Positions 29,756-42,359 of a stretch of 64,000 nt of DNA are shown piece after piece. The position numbers and the translations under genes are program-made. How positions within the stretch are numbered: position 1 is the stretch's first letter; each line of letters starts with the position of its first letter. The stretch spans positions 7,337,814 to 7,401,813 of the forward strand of contig CM119264.1 in NCBI GenBank assembly GCA_051294375.1, written 5' to 3'. The stretch is from Paraspadella gotoi. Taxonomy: Eukaryota > Animalia > Chaetognatha. A model generated the notes under the pieces. The model was given only the letters and a program-made list of their open reading frames with translations. It ran no database searches and was not told the origin of the DNA.

Positions 29756-29969
29756 GAGAGAGATAATAAAAAACGGGGTCTGCAGTTTGTCACAGAACCC
29801 GACACGGGGACTGGATCAGTTTCTTTAATTTTCTATCGCTATCTCTATCTCTTTTAATTTTCTCTCGCTATCCCTCTCTCTCTGATTAAAGTTCGATCTT
29901 GAGTTTAATCGCAGGTGTTTATTTCTCACGGTTTTTCACAAAGTAAACAAAAGTAAACGCGTCACAATA

Positions 29970-30506
29970 TTATTTTTTAGGTAAACATGATTGACAAACA
30001 GCACCACAATTTTCACAATGATTGGGATACAAAGCAGCAATATTGTAAAATTGATAAATGATAAAATCAAAAAACTTTTTGACATTGGTTAATCCTTGGA
30101 TTTGAATAAAAGAAAGTTTTTTTTCAATGACTGCATTATTGGATTCGTTCATTAATTCTACGGGTGGATAATATCCATATGGTTTGATGATTAACACGGT
30201 TTCATCTTCCAACGTCAGGTCCATGGTAAGTTTGATTTCAAAGTATTTTCCTTCATAGACAAAAGTGTCTTCCGCTTCGAAGGTTGTGCAATCGAAGTTA
30301 TCGGGATCACAGAAGAACTCATACAGTTTATCTAAAGGTCCTTTTTTAACTAAATGCTTTAGTTCTCTGAATGGTATTTGAATCGAGCACTTAGCAAAGA
30401 TGGGTTCTCTCTGATGAATCTGCACGAACTTGACTTTCTTATTGTTCATTGCGCAGAAATAAACGTCTTCGCAAATCTCACAAGCCTTTCCCTTTTCAAT
30501 TTCCAT
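29970..30506 (-). CDS. Intronless 178-aa orphan protein with CxxC motifs (possible zinc binding)
   Basis: Complete ATG-to-TAA ORF with N-terminal CEIC and C-terminal HCENCGAVCQSC. Present in two copies. Confidence 0.75.
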   Translation of the reverse strand: MEIEKGKACEICEDVYFCAMNNKKVKFVQIHQREPIFAKCSIQIPFRELKHLVKKGPLDKLYEFFCDPDNFDCTTFEAEDTFVYEGKYFEIKLTMDLTLEDETVLIIKPYGYYPPVELMNESNNAVIEKKLSFIQIQGLTNVKKFFDFIIYQFYNIAALYPNHCENCGAVCQSCLPKK

Positions 30507-30633
30507 TTTACTTTAATTAAGAAACAAAAATTGAAAAATCATGTAATTAAACAAATTCAAAACAAAACATAAATCAATACAATTATTTACAATGATTTTA
30601 CTATTCTAAATCTAAATCAATACATATTTATAA

Positions 30634-31255
30634 TTAAACATCAAGGGGGAACATCCATCATTGCGATAGCTCCCCCCTCTTCGTCGCTTGAATCAACCTC
30701 TTCCCCATCCTCGCCAACTCATCATCATCCTTTCGACTCAGCACCCTCTTCAACTGCATCACCCTTCCCTCACCCTAATTTTCTCGGGCTCTCGGGCTCC
30801 TCTCTCCTCCCCGATGTGATGCAGGTGTTTGGGCTTCCCTACATCCATCGAGGAATAATCCGTCTCGCAGAGGCTGATGAAAAATATAGAGAAAAAGTTA
30901 GTTTAAATTGTAAATTTTAAAAATATAAAGTTTTATAATCTTACATGGAGATTAGACCTTCTACATATAGTAGAAGGTCTTCGGCGTTTGCCCGGTCGGT
31001 CTTGTTGACCGGGCGCCCCATGAAGAATGATGCCCTTAGGAGGCACCATTGAGAACGCGGCATCATGGGGCCGCACGAATAGGGAAAGTTGAGCTCTTCT
31101 TCCTTGATAAGAAAGTCTTGGGTTTTTGTGAAAACATACATCTCCTCAGAGATGTATGTTTTAATTGTTTTTTTCACGCTTTCGAGGCAAACCATGTCTG
31201 GGACATGGTTTGCCATAGCTTCCTCGTGAAGCTTTTTCCAATCAATGTCACACAT
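30634..31255 (-). CDS. Two-exon orphan protein (~180 aa) with acidic C-terminus
   Basis: Exon 31255-30945, a 71-bp GT-AG intron, then exon 30873-30634 (LCETDYSSMDVGKP...DSSDEEGGAIAMMDVP) with homopolymer indels. Three paralogs in the window. Confidence 0.7.
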
Positions 31256-31258
31256 CTG

Positions 31259-31665
31259 TTAATATAAATTTTTACATTCAATCAAATTCATAGAGTTCGA
31301 GAATCTCATTACAATGATCAATAAAAAAATTAAGAAAAACGCTAATGTTGGGTCTGGTCCTCCAAGAAACAAGATGTCAAAATCTTTAGCATCGTCTTTA
31401 ACCCATAGTGTTGCCGTTAGTCCTTCGCATAGTTTACACTCGAATTTTTGGAAGTTGGGAGATCGATTTGGGTTGAAAAGAAAATCCCTCAAAGATTTTA
31501 ACCCCACAATGTTTGCCTTTAGATTTTCGACCGTCCACATAAAACTCTTCACAATTTTCATTTGTCTTTTTTAACATATTTGATGTTAATGACCGCATCC
31601 TTGTTAAAGGAAATGGTCATTCCATGAAAAAGTTTAACAACGTCTCCAACTTTTAGTTTATCCAT
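31259..31665 (-). CDS. Orphan protein (~135 aa) with CxxC and a hydrophobic C-terminal segment
   Basis: MDKLKVGDVVKLFHG... joins ORF 31259-31561 (FECKLCEG...LAFFLIFLLIIV) if homopolymer indels are corrected. Confidence 0.55.
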
Positions 31666-31947
31666 TACTTAATTTGATAAAAAATTTTAAAAATTGTAAA
31701 CACATCCCATTGATAACGATGATCATAATTAAAATATAACAAAGACTACTACATTAACATCGAAGATGATGAAATATAACAAAGACAACTACATTACATT
31801 TTTGAAAAAAATGTTTCTTTAAATTTCACACTCGAATTTATTAAAATTTTGAAAAAAAAACTAAAAATCCCCTTTTAACACTAATAAATAAAAAAATCTT
31901 AATTCAAAACATTCCCCCTTACCCAAATCTTACTCTTATTAAACATT

Positions 31948-33774
31948 TTAAACCCACTCATCCCACCCCCAAAAGAGTTTATCGATATACATATCGTCAT
32001 CGTTCGTCAGCGTCGTTGTCGTAGTATTGGCGCTTGAAGATGGCCAGTTTCGACTAGCCATCTCCAAGGCCGTCGCCCTCGTCGCCTCCGCAGCCACCGC
32101 TTTCGCGGTTTTGCAGGAGCAAGGGGGTCTAATCGGCGGAGATGCTGCTTCCGCCGCCGCCGCTGCCGCTTCCTCGATGACGGCTTCGACCATGAAGGTC
32201 GTCGCCGCCACTGCCTCCGAAGCCGTATCGGAGACATCGACTTCGCCTCCTCGAACCTCCCAGAGGCCGTTTTCAGATGCGCAGATGTTGTGGAGGGGGG
32301 TTAGCGAGAGAAAGAAGACTCCCTCACCCCCCTCCAGCGCATCCTCGGACCGAAGTCGTCGACGCCGTCTCCGCTGTTTGGCGCTCCAGCGCCGAACGCT
32401 GACGAAAGCGATGACGACGACGACGACGACCCCCGCCAACCCGAAGGCGATTCCAATTCCCAAACTGAAAATGAAAAAAAAGTAAAAATGAGTTTAATTT
32501 GTTTGTTTGCTATGTTTGTTTGTGTTTGATTTAACTTTTTAAATAAATTTTAATTAACAAACATACCTAGAAGCCGTATTGAGAGGTTCGGCGGAGGACG
32601 ATGAGGAAGAGGAAGAGGAGGATAAGGAGAATGAGGATGTTTGGTTGAAACTAAAAAAAAAAAAAAATTGTTTTTAAAATCGAGTGATTAATTAAAAAGT
32701 GTGTTATCAAAGAAAAACTTACGAGGACGAGAACCATGGAGATGAGGGTGACGGTGGCGGCGATGGAGGCGACTTGGAAATCGTCATCCACAAAGTCGTG
32801 ATTGCAGATGACGCCTCCGCCGCCGACACCGTCTTCATCATCCTCGTCGTCCTCGTCCTCTCCGTCTCCATCCCCGTCCCCATCTCCACCACCGTCTCCG
32901 TCGCCGTCTCGGTCGCCGTCTCCGTCGCCGCTGCCACCGGCATCCCTGGCGCCATTGTCGCCGCTGCCACCGGCATCGCTGGCGCCGTCGCCTTCCCCGT
33001 CGTCGCCGCTGCCACTGGCACCGTTGTTGCCGCTGCCACCGGCACAGTCGTCGCCGCTGCCACCGGCACTGTTGTCGCCGCTGCCACCGGCATCCCCGTT
33101 GCCGCTGCCACCGGCATCCTCGTCGCCGCTCTCACCGGCACCCTCGCCGCCGCTGCCACCGGCATTGTCGTCGCCGTCACCTCGACTTCTGGCTCGTTAC
33201 CGGATTTGTTCTAAAAAAAGATTAAAAAAAGATGTGAAGTAAAAACTTTTATAAAAATTTTTATATTAATGTAATGGTTCATACAGGATATTTTCCGCAT
33301 TCGTCGTACGCGGACTTAACGAGAGTTTGATGTCTCTCGTTTAAAACGCGAACTATGTAAAGTTGAGGATAGTTCGGAGGTAATCTATCGACAAGGAATT
33401 TGACACGAGACTGCATCCAAGTGGGAGTGTTGCTCCACTTGAATGTCGTCCACGACACCGGAGTTGTCAATCTCACAAGTGAGATTAACGTAGGGAACGA
33501 ACCGTTCCCCCTTTTCCTTCTTACAACCGATAATTCTCCCACCCGCGGCGTCCTTCTCCGCGTATAGTTGTTTATTGGTTTCCTTGGAATATGGATTAGG
33601 TTTATAACGTTTATTTTGTGGAGGGGATTGTTGTGGTTGTGGGAGAGATGGGGCTTGAGGTTGCAGGCGAGGTGTTGCTTGAGGATTTACATATGATCTA
33701 ATATATTGATTTAAGTGATGCAATAGTTGTTGCAACTGCATGATTTCACTGAGATTTCTTAATATGGAATGCAA
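31948..33774 (-). CDS. Mucin-like single-pass membrane protein (spliced; 5' end uncertain)
   Basis: Frame-consistent exons ...-33285, 33210-32723 (PVAAATT repeats, Thr/Ser-rich), 32650-32567 (Ser-rich, NQT sequon) and 32464-31948 (TM GIGIAFGLAGVVVVVVIAFVSV followed by RRWSAKQRRRRRR). Confidence 0.7.
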
Positions 33775-35257
33775 TGTTTGAGAATTTTGCAGATCACGTC
33801 CTTCAACCTGTTGTCGTCAAATTTTTTTTTCGTCAAAACCAAGTCTTCGGGACAGTGAACTCCTCCGACTGTACATTCATCAGTTTATCTTACACATACA
33901 TCCAACGAAAATGTACATTGATTTCAATAAAAAAGATTAAAAGATTAAAACATTTTTAAATTTGTTTATATAATTTAAGGGTTCATACAGGATATTTTCT
34001 ACATTTGACGTATGCAGATTTAATGATCGTCTGATCTTTCACCTCCGACGCTTAGCGATTAAAATGCACTCTGAATATTATTTGAGAGTTCGGAGGAATT
34101 CTGTTGACAAAAACAAATTTTGAAAAATTATTAATTATGGATCATAAAAAAAATTTTAAAAGTATTAACCTGAGATGGTCTTCTTTCGTCCGGACGTTGT
34201 GGGAGGGATGGTGTTATTGGAGTTGTTCTCCTTTGAAGGCTCTTGATGCGAGACTGTATCCCAAGTGGGAGTGTTATCAAGGTTTATCAATTTATTTTTC
34301 CATTACGATCACTTCGATTCGTTGCGCGATTCGTTTGACTTTTCACTTTCTTTTGATGAGCAACGCTCGACGACTGCTGACATCCTAGCTCAAGCCGGGT
34401 TCGATCCCGATTGTTTCGTCGTTGAGGGAGGAGACGTCTCCCAACCGTCATCTGCTCCTCGACCCTCGCCTCGATTAACAAAGTCAGTTTCAATGTTGTT
34501 TTAATTAAGGCGGACAGAAGTGATTATTGTGGTTCATTCCATAATTGCTTTTGTCCGCCTTGTTTGAACTTTAATCAGCATTGGGGTAAGGGTTACAAGA
34601 TAACGGGTACTGATAATACTGGAATAAATAGTTTATGAATCGGATCGCTAAATGTTGATAAATTTTTTTTGAAATAATATTATTTGTAACATGAGGAACA
34701 TGAGAGAGTATCGATACTAAATTGAATTAATTAATTTAGACGAAGTTGGTGGTGGGGAAATAAGTCATGATGATCGAGGTTCTGAAGATTTTGTATAAGA
34801 AAACATGACAAAGTACCGTCCAAACTATTTCATGCGCGAAATTGACAAATATTTTGGTTTATGTAGATATCTGTTAACATGTATTCGGGCACTTGAATAA
34901 ATGAATAGAACAATGAATAAATGAATAGAACGGTAAATGAATAAATGAAAAGAGGGATAAATGAATAAATGAATAATGTAATACAAAGCATTACAATTAA
35001 ATTGTGAATAGTAACGACTGCCTCTTCGCGCAATTTGGTGATGAGATTTGTTTGATGATTTCGATAACATTAAAATGCCGAAAATTCGGTAAATAAATTT
35101 TAGTCAAACATAGCATATCAATAAGTAAAACAATTCTAGAATAATTCAATATCAATGAGGAAAATAATATGATCGAGGAAATAAAACATAATTGAAAACA
35201 GTTCACTCGACAAAGTGTCGATTCCGCCGACTGAGAAATCGGGCACGGGTCTAACGT

Positions 35258-35926
35258 CTATTCGTCGTCCCAATTCTCATCAGGGACTCCCAGTACGTGT
35301 AGTTTCAGGTCATCAATGGAACGGGTCGCGTTCCAAAAGCGGCGTTCCGCCTGTGGAACACCGCCAGGAAAAGAGTTTCAAGGACAAACCAACTGACGAC
35401 ACTAAGTCGCCGGCTTGCGGGGAGTGAATGAGACCTCCCAGGGTCTCCTTTAGATGGATGGTTGCGATGGTAAGATCCGGATGCGAATCGTACGACCGTG
35501 GCGCCTTCAAATCCAGATATCCCTGGCCGTCGTCGTGCACCGAGCGCCAGGGAATCAGCGGAAAAACTTCCACATATCTTCCTGTAATGGCAGAGTCGTC
35601 CCCAAGAGGGGCTCCGCGGTGAGACAACACAGCCATCTCTGCGTATCTCCCATCGCTCTCCAACACCATGCCCATGGCGTTTTGGGCCATCTCGAAAACG
35701 ATTTCCTCAGTTCTGAATCGGTCAGGAGCATGACTCCTTACACGATCCAAAGTAGAAGCTCTCTTCATTTTCCATATTCGCCGCATCCAACGCGTCAACG
35801 TTGCCGTTGATTGTCTGGGGATCGGGAACGCGGCTGATCTGACCCGCAGCGGCCGTCGTAAAAGTTTGTCCATGCGAAGCCAACATAATGGTCTTTTGCA
35901 GCAAAGAACTTGGCTATCGCCGACAT
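35258..35926 (-). pseudogene. Intronless GC-rich orphan gene (~220 aa) broken by frameshifts
   Basis: MSAIAKFFAAKDHYVGFAWTNFYDG...RFRTEEIVFEMAQNAMGMVLESDGRYAEMAV...IDDLKLHVLGVPDENWDDE* reads across several frame switches. Confidence 0.5.
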
Positions 35927-36246
35927 TTTTGAAAGTTGACGTATGTTAGACGTAAGTTAGACGTATGTGTCGAAGAAAACTGATAAGAATAAAACGAAAT
36001 TAGAAAATCGAAATTACTTCAATTCCAAAAATATTTTAAGATAGAGAAAAAATATAAAACACGAACGATGCTCTTTTGTCTAAGATTTTCCAAAAATATA
36101 ATTTCCGTCTCAGTCGCTAGATGTCGCGACAGATAGGGCGCACTAAAAACGCCAAACACAAAATAAGACAAATGAAACACGCGCAGATTATTGATACGAA
36201 GATTTAAAGGAAATTTGAATTGTTACAACGATTTTATTATTAAGTT

Positions 36247-36290
36247 GCAGACATGTTTCGACTCAGAGATTTTCGAGTCTTCATCAGCGC
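36247..36290 (-). ncRNA. Minimal type I hammerhead ribozyme motif
   Basis: GCG CUGAUGA A GACUC-loop-GAGUC GAAACAUGUC UGC: catalytic core, 5-bp stem II, palindromic ACAUGU in place of stem III, GUC cleavage triplet. Confidence 0.8.
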
Positions 36291-36737
36291 TTTTGATACG
36301 AAGAAAAATAAAATTCAAATAACTTCGAAACATATCAAAATTAGACGAAAATTCGTATGATGTAAAAAACGACATTATAATTCAAATCACGTAAAAGACG
36401 ACATTATACCGTGAAAAATTATGAAAATTCGATTATTTCTTATTGAAATTACGAGTAATCCATGTAGGTCGTCGCTCCGGCAAGTAGAAAATAAAATCCA
36501 AATTTCCGGCCGATGAAAAAGCGATATTGAGAGCGCAAAATTAACTCGTAAAATTAAAATATGTATTTTAGTAAGAAATACCCAATAGTCCGTCCGTAAC
36601 TCACACAAACGGATCTATCTTAACGGGTAAGAGAACCCTAGATAAAAAACAGAGACGCGGTCACGCATCTCTATATAGTATTGACACTCGCCAATCTATT
36701 GTTTCTTAATCCTCAAAAGAGGCAATCTTAACCTCAT

Positions 36738-37118
36738 CCCAGCTCAATGGGCCTCCGACATTTGCAGAGGCAAATGGTCCCAGCTTAATGGGCCTCCGTC
36801 ACTTGCAGAGGCAAATGGTCCAGCTTAATGGGCCTCCGTTAATGACAATTTGTCATAGCAAATGCAAGGAAGCGAAAACGATTTATTTATTAAAGCGACA
36901 ACATGCGGTAAAAGTGGCAAAAAAAAAAAAGTTCGATGCTATGTGGCGAATTCCATATTATTTCATGGTAATTCTTTAACGGGGTTTTCCGTTTTTACGT
37001 CGCCAAGGACGGCAGTTATGAGGCTCAACGCTGAGCAGAAGTTTTTCGTCTACTGTGCAGACGGCAGTTATAGAGCTCAACGCTGAGCCGGGGTTTTTCG
37101 TCTACTCCGCAGACGGCA
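36738..37118. repeat. Two short tandem repeats (~41 bp x2.5 and ~50 bp x2.5)
   Basis: Units ccagcttaatgggcctccg...tgcagaggcaaatggt and gacggcagttat...gctcaacgctgagc...tttttcgtctac. Confidence 0.8.
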
Positions 37119-37659
37119 TACCAACAAGCCCAAGTAAGCCAAAGCTCCCCACCACGCTTGCAGGTGACAAGGACCGTCAATATGCTAGCTTTACATCCAC
37201 CCACGCGGATGTGAAGGAGAGTGGATTAAACACCCCACTAGATAACTTATATCTCAATCTTAATTATCGTTATCAATATGAACCATATTAGCTCATGAAA
37301 AACTCGCACCACATCCCACTTAAGGTAGCAGTAGCAACAAGAGACGATGGGGACCGAACAAAGCCGATGCCACCATGTTGTCTTTTTTACTAGCTCCTGT
37401 AATAATTGACGAATATATTTAGCCTAATATATTAATAGAGGATTGAGTATTCACTATAGTTATATTAAATAAGGTAAAACAAAAGAAATAAAACGGGAGA
37501 GAAATACAAATTGTTACTCGGCCAAAATCACGACTGAAGAAATTACAAGCGATCGAGAACTAAAAGCATTTTGTTTACAATTCAGCGAAGGCCAATACTT
37601 TTGTAAATAAAGAACCTGTCCGAAACGAAAACAACAACTCTTTGATATTCTGACAGTTG

Positions 37660-37960
37660 CTTCACTTGAATGTCGTTCGCGAGACTGGAATGAGATTAAC
37701 GTAAGTAACGAACCGTTCCCCCTCTTCCTTCTTATATCCGATAATTATCCCACCCGCAGTCCATCTCCGCGTAAAGCTTCCTATTCCTTTCCTTAGAATT
37801 AGGGTGTGGTTGAAATCGTTTATTTTGTTGTGGTTGAGATTGTTGTGGTTGAGATTGATGTGGTTGTGGTGGGGCTTGAAATTGTGGATGAGATGCGGTT
37901 AGAAATTTGGTTTGAGCTCGTGTTTGAAATTGATTTGTAAATGATCTGATGGATCGTTTG
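37660..37960 (-). pseudogene. Diverged copy of the 33430-33700 coding segment
   Basis: PQQNKRFQPHPNSKERNRKLYAE...GERFVTYVN versus PPQNKRYKPNPYSKETNKQLYAE...GERFVPYVN. Confidence 0.6.
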
Positions 37961-40297
37961 TCTAAAATATATTTAAAATGAATCTAAAATCTTAAGAGTT
38001 GATTGCTCCGTTCATATTTAACTCCGGGTGTTTTAAAACAAGTTTTAAAACATATTCTATTTTATAGCTTGGAGTTTGGCAATATTTTTTAGGTTTAACT
38101 GATAAATATGGTACTACTGTAATCTGGGGCGATGGAGGCTTTTATATTCTAAGCTCGTTTGTTATAAATCTTGATTTTTTGTCAGTTGGCTTTGTTGTAT
38201 TTGTAGTCAACAAAGATTTTTCAGATTTGATAAGAAAGATATACATAATTTCAAATCTTTGCTTCTAAATTCTGCCTGTTGTGTATGAAAGTGAATTTTT
38301 TGAACAATTGTTGGGTTTAAAATTCCTTTAGCTATATCAGCTTTAGGCTGCATTGGATACCTTCTTGACATCTTTGTAAAACTGGCTTTGAAAAAAATTT
38401 TTGTCATTACCAAAGGTGGTGTTTCTTTACATTTGTCAATAGTTCTGCCGCTTTTGTGATGTTGGAATCATCGTGCATCTTCCAGTTTGACATTTTTCTG
38501 TGAGTATTATTTTGGACGAGTTTTCTTACCTTTTTTTCCATCATTTTTTCATTTTTTTAATGTAAGGTTACCAGTATTTGGTGGGGGGCTCTCTATGCCT
38601 AAGGGTGGGGATGAGTTGGTGGGGATCCGAGGTGAATGAGGTATGGATTAAAGGGCTTTGCTTTCTTGCTTAATAATTTTTTTCCCTTTTTTAAACAACT
38701 GCAATTAATTGTAAAAATTATGTTAATTTTAGTATTATGCACCTAGATATTAATGTTAAGGTTATTTTTTAGTTTCTAGCTCATGTTCTAATATGGATTT
38801 TTATATACCAACAAATTGCTGTATTTTAGTGTTTTATTATGTAGATCTCGAGTAAATAGTACTGTAGGTTTTTGTAGCATGTTGAAGCACGAACGGCTCA
38901 ATCTGCCAGAGATGATGATAAAAAGAATATATAATATATAAAAGATAAATTATCAATTATTAAAAATATAAAAATTGATAATTAAGAATCCAGAATTAAG
39001 AATAACATTTCTGAACTAACTATCCAAGATTAATAATCAGAGATTGATAAGTTGATTGACAGTACAAGATTGATAAAATAAAATATTTATTAACTTATTC
39101 AATGGCTTATTAAAATTAACTTGTATCCAAATCAATCGCGAATCCTGCAGTAGATCCTTTTATTAGTCTAAAATTTTTCTTTTGATTTTCTCCGCTTCTG
39201 ATCTTAACTCGCTACAACATTTTTTTTTATTTCAATGACACAAATTTATTGTCGCTATTTGTTCATTAATTATCATTGCTCAAATGATATTTGTAATGAC
39301 GTTTTCAATTTAACAAAGTATGTTATGATAGTTGTAATTTTGTAAACTTGTATGTTTTTGTTAAGTTTTTGTTTGTTTATTTGTTTTTTTTAAATTTTTG
39401 TTAATTTTTTTACTGCCTTTCAATGATACTCATTTATTGTCGCTGCTTCATTAGTTATCATTGCTCAAAGATATTTGTAAAGACGTTTTAAATTTAACAA
39501 CATATGTGGTGATATTTGTAATTTTTAACGTTATTTGTAAATACATAAACTTGTATGTTTTTGTTTATGTTTAGATTATGTTAATATTTCAGTTGAGGTA
39601 ATTTTTACTTGCTACCTTCTAGCTATTTATTTTTATTCAACTGTTATCGTTGCGTCGTATAAATTTGTATGAATAAAATTCGAATTTGTTTTATTTTCAA
39701 TGGTTTATTCAGGAACCCTACTGGTTAAAGATAACGAAATATAACAAATTGAATAAGATACATAGTTATTTTAGTATAATCATGTCTGTTGAATTCGATG
39801 TTGATAACCATTTTTTTTGTATAGTTTTATCTTCTTTATCAAAAATAGCGATTTTTGCGGCATTTAAGATACTATTCAAATGGAACAAATATTGTAAAGT
39901 ATAAGAAATTTAAATTATTAAAAATTTATAAAAGCCATATTTAGCTTACATAATAAAAAAATAAAGACCTATATAAATATTTTGGTTAGTTTATAAATTT
40001 TATATTATATTAACTGTTTGTAAACTATAATTATTAATAAATATTAAAAAAAATAAGCTAAGTGTAAAAAATTAAAATTTAAAACTGGATTTAAATTTTT
40101 TACAAAAAGTTGATAAAAAAAGTATAATCTATTTTAACAAATTCTTTCATTAAGTTGGTTAAAAATATTAAAATTATAGTTTTTCTAAATTTTGACCAAA
40201 TTTTGATATAATTTTAGAATAAAATAATTGTTTTTTATGATAATTTTTTATATATTAAAAATCATCATTTTCGACGAGAAAGATATTCATGCTAAGA

Positions 40298-40640
40298 CCG
40301 GGGGGGGCCCAGCTCATTTTGAGCTCTTTCTTAATTCTTATATTTCACTACAATCTTTACTTATCTATCCCTCTAAAATCTCAATTTTCAACTTCTTAAT
40401 TTTAATTTTCAACTTTTCAATTTCAAAAATTAATTTATTTCAATTTGTTATTAAACAGTTTCCATTATCTTTATCTATGTTGTACATTGCTCAAATGTAA
40501 TTATTTATTTATTTCTCTCTCTCTCTGTCTCTCTCACCAATTTTCACTTCTTTTCAAAACTTATTCAAACTAGCCACTTCTAAAAATCTGTCCTCACCAC
40601 TGATCACTGTCCTTACTCAATTCTTTGTTGGAAACCTTTA

Positions 40641-40721
<81 letters not shown>

Positions 40722-40830
40722 AACTAAAAACTTGTATCAAGTTCACAACTCATATGCGCTGATGAGGGCTCGTATTGTGAGCCGAAACATGTCTGCTCTT
40801 GTAAAATAAAATTCGTTGCAAAAATAAAAT
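40298..40830 (+). mobile_element. Hammerhead-bearing non-autonomous element (Penelope pLTR/retrozyme-like), copy 1
   Basis: Colinear with 42781-43275, from gggggcc(c)agctcattttgagctctttctta through (CT)n to the hammerhead and taaaataaaattcgttgcaaa. Confidence 0.7.
40756..40796 (+). ncRNA. Minimal type I hammerhead ribozyme motif
   Basis: GCG CUGAUGA G GGCUC-guauugu-GAGCC GAAACAUGUC UGC. Confidence 0.8.
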
Positions 40831-41574
40831 CAAACTTTGTTAGACGAGAAAGATAAAATTATACAAATAAATTGTCATCACCATCGAATTCTACAGACTT
40901 GTTCACACTGAAATAGCTATGTACCTTATTCAATCTGTTATATTTTGCTATTTTTAAACGCCCTACTAACCAGCCTTATCCTCACTATAAGAGCTTAATA
41001 GGAACAGTAATAATAGGGTGTATAACGGAAACTATCACAGGGCCTCGCTATCAAGCCCGAAGTTACCCGTTTTTTTTGGTTTTTTTTCTGTAAAAAACAA
41101 AGAATCGCCCTTATTTATTTCGTTTGAAACGCAAATTTTTTTTTTTTCGGAATTTGTTTCGTCTCAACTATTGGCCTTCGAAAGTTAAGAGAGAGAGAGA
41201 TGCACATACACACACATAAAGCTTCTATCAGATTTTGGAAAGGATATTGGTTCGGTTGTGAGGTCAGCTGAAGATGAGAACAGATAAGATTGAGTTAGAG
41301 GGAATAAGACATGAAAAATAGTCAATTACCGTGAGAACATTTAAATTAACTTTTGTTATATATAATAAAGACAAACATAAATTGGTTGTACCAATTTTAG
41401 GCCCATATTTATATATACAGGGAGGTCCGGTTCTAATGGGACTAACTAGTTTGATAAAAAAAAGTGATTATATTTTAAAATTAGGGTTTTTTTTATCGAT
41501 ATTAAAAACGTTTGGAAAATCTCATAACTGTAATAGATTATTTTTATGATCTTATTTTTTTTGTAATGTTTTTA

Positions 41575-42325
41575 GTCGGATCTGCTTGTCAGCAGATCCC
41601 GATTCTATACTTCACTTTGTCGGACCGTCGGTCCGCCCCCTCAATCTTGTTGGGCACTAACTTATATCATGTCAGAACATTGAATTATGATAAAATATAC
41701 AAAAAAAAATGCTGTCTGTCCGTCCGTCCGTCCCACCTTAGCAAAAAATACTAATTACTCGTGATTGGATGGATGGATTGGAATGTAATTTTGTCTGCGA
41801 GTAGGGAAGTGTGTGATTGAGCTGTATTTTAAGTTTGGATAGAATCGTCCAAGTGCAAATGATTTTAAATGGAAAAAACAAAAAATATATTTCACTATTT
41901 GAATACCAATTGCTCATGAGTGGATGGGGCGATTTTAAAAAAAAATTGTATGTGGATAGGAAAGTGTGTGATTAAGCTGGAAATCAAGTTTCGATGGAAT
42001 CGTTTGAATGGAAGTGAGTTTAAATGGAAAAGACAAAAATCCTGTTTCATTAATTGATTATGCTTCTTTTTTTATATTAAATGTAAATGTAAGATTTATT
42101 AATTAATCAATATTTATTAATCAGTCAATCAATCAAGTCAGTCGTTATTGGCATCATTCTCATTGTTGTCATTGCTTTTGTCGTGGTTAGTGACCTAAAA
42201 ACAAATATTTGGGATTTAATTAATTAATTGCCTAATTAATTAATTCATTAACTTAAATTATTCAAGTATTAATTAATTATCATTAATGAGCGTTGGCAGG
42301 TCCAACATTGTTTGCTCAAACTTGT
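41575..42325 (+). mobile_element. Helentron-associated (HINE/DINE-1-like) non-autonomous element
   Basis: T-rich start, sub-TIR gtcggatctgc / gcaggtccaac, (GTCC)n microsatellite, internal repeats of about 130 bp and a 3' gagc...gctc hairpin. A second copy lies at 43783-44467. Confidence 0.7.
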
Positions 42326-42359
42326 TTTTATAAATTTTAGTAAGATTCGCTTATCAAAA

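Noticed and set aside
30860-30950. LxCxE retinoblastoma-binding motif in the island protein
   Set aside because: The spliced sequence is SILCETD, which does not fit L-x-C-x-E spacing.
37990-38560. Possible LINE ORF1/gag remnant
   Set aside because: Only a weak PPLVMT resemblance; multiple stops and no zinc knuckle or RT.
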